This document shows, in pieces, positions 18,020 through 22,860 of a stretch of DNA of 22,860 nucleotides (position 1 is its first letter; each line of letters begins with the position of its first letter). The position numbers and the translations under genes are program-made. The notes below the pieces were generated by a model. It ran no database searches and had not been told where the DNA came from. It was given only the letters and a program-made list of their open reading frames with translations. The stretch is from the NCBI GenBank assembly GCA_041496385.1, contig JBGQEL010000067.1, positions 1-22,860 on the forward strand, given 5' to 3'. This DNA comes from Candidatus Methylomirabilia bacterium. Its GTDB lineage: Bacteria > Methylomirabilota > Methylomirabilia > Rokubacteriales > CSP1-6.

Positions 18020-18032
18020 GTTGTCGGCTCCT

Positions 18033-20105
18033 CTACACCAGGCCGAGGGCGACCAGGATCATGTCGACCAGCTTGATGCCCGGAAACGGGATGATGATGC
18101 CGCCGATCCCATAGACCCAGACATGGCGGCGCAGGACGGCCGCGGCGCCGAGCGCGCGGTAGCGCACGCCCTTCAAGGCCAGCGGGATCAGCGCGACGAT
18201 GATGAGCGCGTTGAAGATGACGGCGGACAGGATCGCGCTCTCCGGCGTCGCCAGTCGCATGATGTTGAGCGCGCCGAGCGCCGGGTAGGTCGTGGCGAAC
18301 GCCGCCGGGATGATCGCGAAGTACTTGGCGACGTCGTTGGCGATGCTGAAGGTCGTGAGCGCCCCTCGCGTCATCAGCATCTGCTTGCCCGTCTCGACGA
18401 CCTCGAGCAGTTTGGTCGGGTTCGAGTCGAGGTCGATCATGTTGCCGGCTTCCTTGGCCGCCTGCGTGCCCGAGTTCATGGCCACCGCCACGTCAGCCTG
18501 GGCGAGCGCGGGCGCGTCGTTGGTGCCGTCGCCCGTCATCGCGACGAGCCGCCCCTCGGCCTGGACGTCCCGGATGAGCTTGAGCTTCGCCTCTGGCGTC
18601 GCCTCGGCGAGGAAGTCGTCGATACCCGCCTCGGCGGCGATGGCCGCGGCCGTGAGCGGGTTGTCGCCCGTGATCATGACGGTCTTGATGCCCATGCGCC
18701 GCAACTCACCGAATCGCTCCCGGATCCCGCCCTTGACGATGTCCTTGAGCTGGATGGCGCCGAGCACCCTCGCGCCGTCGGCCACGACGAGCGGGGTGGC
18801 GCCCGCCTTCGAGATGGTGTCCACGACGGACCGGACCTCGGGGGGGACGGTGCCGCCGAGCTTCCTCACGTGGGCCTCGACCGCTTCGGCCGCGCCCTTG
18901 CGCACCTGGCGGCCGTGCATGTTCACGCCGCTCATGCGCGTCTGCGCCGTGAACGCCACGAAGGTGGCGCCGATCTTCTCGACGTCGCGCTCCCGGATGC
19001 CGTACTTCTCCTTGGCCAGGACGACGATGCTGCGCCCCTCGGGCGTCTCGTCGGCCAGCGACGCAAGCTGGGCGGCGTCGGCGAGGTCGCGCTCGGCGAC
19101 GCCCGGCGCCGGAAAGAACTGGGTGGCCTGGCGGTTGCCGAGGGTGATCGTGCCCGTCTTGTCGAGCAGGAGGACATCGACGTCGCCCGCGGCCTCCACC
19201 GCCCGGCCTGACATGGCGATGACGTTCTTCTGGATCATACGGTCCATGCCGGCGATGCCGATCGCCGAGAGCAGCGCGCCGATCGTCGTCGGGATCAGGC
19301 AGACGAGCAGGGCCACCAGCACGGTCACGGTGACCGGCGTCCCCTGCCCCGCCGCCCCCACGCTGTAGAGCGAGAACGGCAGCAGGGTGGCCGTGGCGAG
19401 TAGAAAGATGATCGTCATCGCCGCCAATAGGATGTCGAGCGCGATCTCGTTCGGTGTCTTCTGGCGCTTGGCGCCTTCCACCAGCGAGATCATGCGGTCC
19501 AGGAATGCCTCGCCCGGGTCGGCGGTGACCTCCACGATGATCCAGTCCGAGAGCACCTGGGTGCCGCCCGTGACCGAGCTGCGGTCGCCGCCGCTCTCGC
19601 GGATCACGGGCGCGCTCTCGCCCGTGATGGCGCTCTCGTTCACCGAGGCGACGCCCTCGACCACCGTGCCGTCGGCCGGGACGAAGTCACCGGCCTCCAC
19701 CAGGACGAACTGCCCCTTGCGGAGGGTCGAGGCGGAGACCACCTCGAGCAGCGCGTTCCGCTCGGCCCGCGCCAGCCGCTTGGCCTGGAGGTCTCGCCGG
19801 GCCTTCCGCAGCGAGGCGGCCTGCGCCTTGCCGCGCCCCTCGGCCATCGCCTCGGCGAAGTTGGCGAAGAGCACCGTGAACCAGAGCCACACGGACACCC
19901 AGAAGATGAACCAGCCTGGCGCCTCGCCCCGGCCGACCACGGCCTGGACCCAGAGGAGTGTCGTCAGGATCGAACCGACGTAGACGACGAACATGACCGG
20001 GTTCCGCACCTGGCGCCGCGGCGTCAGCTTGCTGAACGAGTCGACGACCGCCTGGCGGACGATTCCGGCATCGAAGAGCGAGCGACCCTTCACCTTGTCA
20101 GCCAT
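18033..20105 (-). CDS. kdpB: K+-transporting P-type ATPase subunit B
   Basis: NPVMF, TGES, LIPTTI, DKTGT, KGA, TGDN, GDGTND and [12 protein letters not shown] 20105 with upstream GAGGTG is preferred over GTG 20117. Confidence 0.98.
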   Translation of the reverse strand: MADKVKGRSLFDAGIVRQAVVDSFSKLTPRRQVRNPVMFVVYVGSILTTLLWVQAVVGRGEAPGWFIFWVSVWLWFTVLFANFAEAMAEGRGKAQAASLRKARRDLQAKRLARAERNALLEVVSASTLRKGQFVLVEAGDFVPADGTVVEGVASVNESAITGESAPVIRESGGDRSSVTGGTQVLSDWIIVEVTADPGEAFLDRMISLVEGAKRQKTPNEIALDILLAAMTIIFLLATATLLPFSLYSVGAAGQGTPVTVTVLVALLVCLIPTTIGALLSAIGIAGMDRMIQKNVIAMSGRAVEAAGDVDVLLLDKTGTITLGNRQATQFFPAPGVAERDLADAAQLASLADETPEGRSIVVLAKEKYGIRERDVEKIGATFVAFTAQTRMSGVNMHGRQVRKGAAEAVEAHVRKLGGTVPPEVRSVVDTISKAGATPLVVADGARVLGAIQLKDIVKGGIRERFGELRRMGIKTVMITGDNPLTAAAIAAEAGIDDFLAEATPEAKLKLIRDVQAEGRLVAMTGDGTNDAPALAQADVAVAMNSGTQAAKEAGNMIDLDSNPTKLLEVVETGKQMLMTRGALTTFSIANDVAKYFAIIPAAFATTYPALGALNIMRLATPESAILSAVIFNALIIVALIPLALKGVRYRALGAAAVLRRHVWVYGIGGIIIPFPGIKLVDMILVALGLV

Positions 20106-20118
20106 GGTCTCTGTCACC

Positions 20119-21924
20119 TCACTTCGCGGCGATCAGCGTCAGATGCTCGACGATCGGCCCGAGCGCCAGCGCGGGAACGAAGGTCAACGCTCCGACCAGG
20201 ATGACCACGCCGACCAGCAGCCCGACGAACAACGGCGTGTGCGTGGGCAGCGTCCCCGCCCCGACCGGGACGATCTTCTTGCGCGCGAGCGCGCCTGCGA
20301 TTGCGAGCACGGGCACCGCGAGCCAGTAGCGGCCGAACAGCATGCAGAGTCCGAGCGCCGTGTTGTAGAAGGGGGTGTTGACGCTCAGGCCGGCGAAAGC
20401 GCTGCCGTTGTTGTTCGACGCCGAGGAAAACGCATAGAGGATCTCGCTGAACCCGTGGACTCCGGGGTTCGCGATTCCCGCCTTGCCGGCGGCCGTGACG
20501 ACGCCGACGGACGTCCCGATCAACACGAGCGCGGGCGTGATCAGGATGACGAGCGAGGACATTTTCATCTCGTAGGCCTCGATCTTCTTCCCGAGGTATT
20601 CGGGCGTGCGCCCGACCATGAGCCCCGCCACGAACACCGCGATGATCGCGAAGACCAGCATCCCGTAGAGCCCCGAGCCCACCCCGCCGAAGACGACCTC
20701 GCCGAGCTGGATCATCCACATCGGCACGAGCCCGCCGATCGGCGTGAAGGAGTCGTGCATCGCGTTGACGGAGCCGTTCGAGGCCGCCGTCGTCGCCGTG
20801 GCCCAGAGGGCCGAGGTCGCGATGCCGAAGCGCAGCTCCTTGCCCTCCATGTTCCCGCCGGGCTGGAGCGCGCTCGCGGTGTGGTCCACCCCCTGCTTCG
20901 CGAAGACCGCGCCGTTCTGCTCGGCCACCACGCAGACGGCGAGCAACACCACGAAGATCACGGTCATGGCCGCGAGCACCGCCCATCCCTGGCGCGTGTC
21001 GCCGACCATGACGCCGAACGTGTAGCAGAGCGCGGCCGGGACGAGGAGGATCGCGAGCAGCTCGAGGAAGTTCGACAGGGGCGTCGGGTTCTCGAGCGGA
21101 TGGGCGGAATTGACGTTGAAGAAGCCGCCGCCGTTCGTCCCGAGCTGCTTGATCGCGATCTGCGAGGCCGCCGGCCCCACCGCGATCACCTGCTCGGTCA
21201 GTCTGGATTTCTTGGTCTTCGGCTGGCCCTTCTCGTCGAGGACGGGCTTGCCGTCCTTGTCCGTGACCGGCTCGTCGTACTCCGTCGGCTGCACGACGGC
21301 CGCCGTCGCGTAGGGCCTGAAGGTCTGCACGACACCCTGGGAGACCAGGACCAGCGCGAAGACGAACGAGAGCGGCAGCAGGATGTAGAGCGTGGTTCGG
21401 GTCAGATCGACCCAGAAGTTCCCGATCGTCTGCGCGGAGCGGCGAGCGAACCCCCGGATCAGCGCGACGAGGACGGCCATGCCCGTCGCGGCCGATGCGA
21501 AATTCTGGACGGTCATCGCCAGCATCTGCGTCAGATAGCTCATCGTCGTCTCGCCGCCGTAACCCTGCCAGTTCGTGTTCGTCGCGAAGCTCGCCGCCGT
21601 GTTGAAGGAAGAGTCCGGCGAGACGGCGCCGAGCCCCTGGGGGTTCAGCGGCAGCAGGCCCTGGACGCGCTGGAGCAGATAGACCACCAGCAGGCCCGCA
21701 AAATTGAAAAGGAGCATGGTCGCGGCATAGGTCTTCCAGCCCATCTCTTCACCGGACCGGACACCGGACAACTTGTAGATCAGGCGCTCGAGCCATCCGA
21801 GCGCCTTGTCGAGGCCGCACGGCCGGTTCTCGTAGACCCTGGCCATGTAGGCGCCCAGCGGCTTCGCGAGCAGGATCAGGACGACGAGGTAGAACCCCAG
21901 CTGAACGATTCCATTCGCTGTCAT
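20119..21924 (-). CDS. kdpA: K+-transporting ATPase subunit A
   Basis: Four selectivity-filter motifs (NTNWQ, TNGGG, SNGS, NNGSAF), plus [11 protein letters not shown] and LGPIVEH. Confidence 0.98.
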   Translation of the reverse strand: MTANGIVQLGFYLVVLILLAKPLGAYMARVYENRPCGLDKALGWLERLIYKLSGVRSGEEMGWKTYAATMLLFNFAGLLVVYLLQRVQGLLPLNPQGLGAVSPDSSFNTAASFATNTNWQGYGGETTMSYLTQMLAMTVQNFASAATGMAVLVALIRGFARRSAQTIGNFWVDLTRTTLYILLPLSFVFALVLVSQGVVQTFRPYATAAVVQPTEYDEPVTDKDGKPVLDEKGQPKTKKSRLTEQVIAVGPAASQIAIKQLGTNGGGFFNVNSAHPLENPTPLSNFLELLAILLVPAALCYTFGVMVGDTRQGWAVLAAMTVIFVVLLAVCVVAEQNGAVFAKQGVDHTASALQPGGNMEGKELRFGIATSALWATATTAASNGSVNAMHDSFTPIGGLVPMWMIQLGEVVFGGVGSGLYGMLVFAIIAVFVAGLMVGRTPEYLGKKIEAYEMKMSSLVILITPALVLIGTSVGVVTAAGKAGIANPGVHGFSEILYAFSSASNNNGSAFAGLSVNTPFYNTALGLCMLFGRYWLAVPVLAIAGALARKKIVPVGAGTLPTHTPLFVGLLVGVVILVGALTFVPALALGPIVEHLTLIAAK

Positions 21925-22013
21925 GAGAAGAACTCCGGCTTCAGCAGTGCGAGCACGAGGTAGACGAGCAGACCGATCGACACCAGGCCGCCGGCGACGT
22001 AGAGCAATGGCAT
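21921..22013 (-). CDS. kdpF: K+-transporting ATPase subunit F, 30 aa ([30 protein letters not shown])
   Basis: YL..ALLKPE.F signature, AGGAGG RBS and ATGA overlap with the kdpA start. Absent from the ORF track. Confidence 0.92.
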   Translation of the reverse strand: MPLLYVAGGLVSIGLLVYLVLALLKPEFFS

Positions 22014-22022
22014 CGTCGCCTC

Positions 22023-22103
22023 CTACACCCGCTCACAAAGCTTGACGAACGCCCACGTCAGTCCAAAGAAGATCAACGCCAGCCCCACGTACACGATGTC
22101 CAT
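22023..22103 (-). CDS. 26-aa single-TM peptide upstream of kdpF ([26 protein letters not shown])
   Basis: GGAGG RBS 8 nt before the ATG and one hydrophobic helix. Its TAG overlaps the kdpF RBS. Confidence 0.8.
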   Translation of the reverse strand: MDIVYVGLALIFFGLTWAFVKLCERV

Positions 22104-22166
22104 CGCGCTTGCCTCCAGTCCGTTCCCTGTACGAAACGTCCCTACGAAGATGTATATGCCCGCCGA

Positions 22167-22215
22167 CATCAAGAAGACGTCAAAAGCAGGCCCGCCCGTG
22201 TCAAGCGCGCGTCAA
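22167..22215 (-). promoter_or_regulatory. Four-hexamer direct-repeat operator (11-21-11) upstream of the kdp operon
   Basis: Minus strand: TTGACG (22215), TTGACA (22204), TTGACG (22183) and TTGATG (22172). An AT-rich TATACAT follows 10 nt later. Confidence 0.75.
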
Positions 22216-22341
22216 GCCGTCGCGCATCGGAAGTGCCACCTCGAGATCCCGGCGGTTCCGCGGGGTTCAGCGTGTAGCGTCGACGAGCGACCGTCTCGGT
22301 TCGTCCCCATGTGTACCCGCGCCGCGCCAGCGCCGCCCGCG

Positions 22342-22390
22342 TTGATCTCGCGTTAACGGTGGCCGCCCGGAGTTTGACGCCGCCTTGATG
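22342..22390 (+). promoter_or_regulatory. Four-hexamer direct-repeat operator (11-21-11) upstream of paralog B and the USP gene
   Basis: TTGATC 22342, TTAACG 22353, TTGACG 22374 and TTGATG 22385. Confidence 0.72.
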
Positions 22391-22429
22391 CACCACTGCC
22401 GTCCAATGTGACTGAGGAGGGTGGAACCG

Positions 22430-22750
22430 ATGAAACCGACGTGGTGGCTCCTCTACGCGATCGGGCTCTCGCTGGTGGGCGTGTTCGCTCTCGTCGAGAT
22501 CTTCGTGCCCGAGGAAGGCGTGCGGAGCGTCCTCCAGATCGCCGTGGTCGTCATGGGATTCGGGCTCATGGCCTGCTGGAACCGGCGCAATCGGGTGGCG
22601 ATGGAGCTGGATGAGTGCCGCCGGCGCCGCGGAGTGGTGGGTCATCACCGCCGCGTTCCAGCTCCACCTTCGACGAAGCCCGCAGAACAAAAGGGGAGCC
22701 CGATGGCATCGCCCTTGCTCCCCGAAATCACCGAGCACGCTCGACGCTGA
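22430..22750 (+). CDS. Uncharacterised two-TM small membrane protein, 106 aa (paralog B)
   Basis: GAGGAGG at 22414-22420 precedes ATG 22430. Two clear hydrophobic helices, then a basic tail; similar to 14384..14758. Confidence 0.85.
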   Translation: MKPTWWLLYAIGLSLVGVFALVEIFVPEEGVRSVLQIAVVVMGFGLMACWNRRNRVAMELDECRRRRGVVGHHRRVPAPPSTKPAEQKGSPMASPLLPEITEHARR

Positions 22751-22773
22751 GGTGCCGACTCTGGAGGTGCGGC

Positions 22774-22860
22774 GTGAACGACAACGTCACGGTAGGCAGG
22801 ACAGGGGTACGGACGATTCTCGTCGGTCTCGACGGCTCACCCGAGAGCGAGGCGACCGTC
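22774..22860 (+). CDS. Universal stress protein (USP), N-terminus, partial
   Basis: GGAGGT RBS and GTG start. MNDNVTVGRTGVRTILVGLDGSPESEATV matches the USP beta1 motif ILV.lDGS..S. Confidence 0.8.
   Translation, partial: MNDNVTVGRTGVRTILVGLDGSPESEATV

Noticed and set aside
22167..22215. Reading the TTGACA/TTGACG hexamers simply as sigma70 -35 elements
   Set aside because: Four phased copies recur at three loci and I found no convincing -10 at 16-18 bp. A tandem-binding regulator explains them better, although one box may overlap a -35 position.
22216..22340. Riboswitch or small ORF in the kdp divergent spacer (minus-strand CGCTGAACCCCGCGGAAC)
   Set aside because: The resemblance to the ydaO 5' end is brief and lacks the remaining motifs, and it lies upstream of the inferred promoter. 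The small ORFs here lack an RBS and recognisable features.
1..22860. Mobile elements, tRNA/rRNA, defence or phage genes
   Set aside because: No transposase, integrase, terminal inverted repeats or structural RNA signatures were recognised.

Overview
GC-rich bacterial chromosomal window from a diderm: it carries kdsB and an outer-membrane porin. The gene style resembles Ca. Rokubacteria/Methylomirabilota, but that is an unverified inference. The left part holds the 3' end of a probable LLM oxidoreductase, kdsB, an orphan MFS C-terminal fragment, and mscS divergent from an MFS gene. Next is a CUT1-type ABC importer cluster: three tandem Tat-exported paralogous binding proteins, two permease pairs and one ATPase, with a repeat-encoded 36-aa ORF wedged between the first two permeases. 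The right part is a K+/Mg2+ island: a kimA-like K+ transporter and a minus-strand run of [26-aa peptide]-kdpF-kdpA-kdpB-kdpC-porin-mgtE. kdpD/kdpE are not in the window. The most notable signal is two paralogous, uncharacterised two-TM small proteins (23/55 identical, no gaps), each divergent from a K+ uptake gene or operon. Their two upstream regions and the kdp upstream region share four TTGACG-like hexamers spaced exactly 11-21-11 bp. This suggests a KdpE-like regulon with previously unrecognised members, including a downstream USP gene. All calls come from motif recognition by eye; no searches were run.
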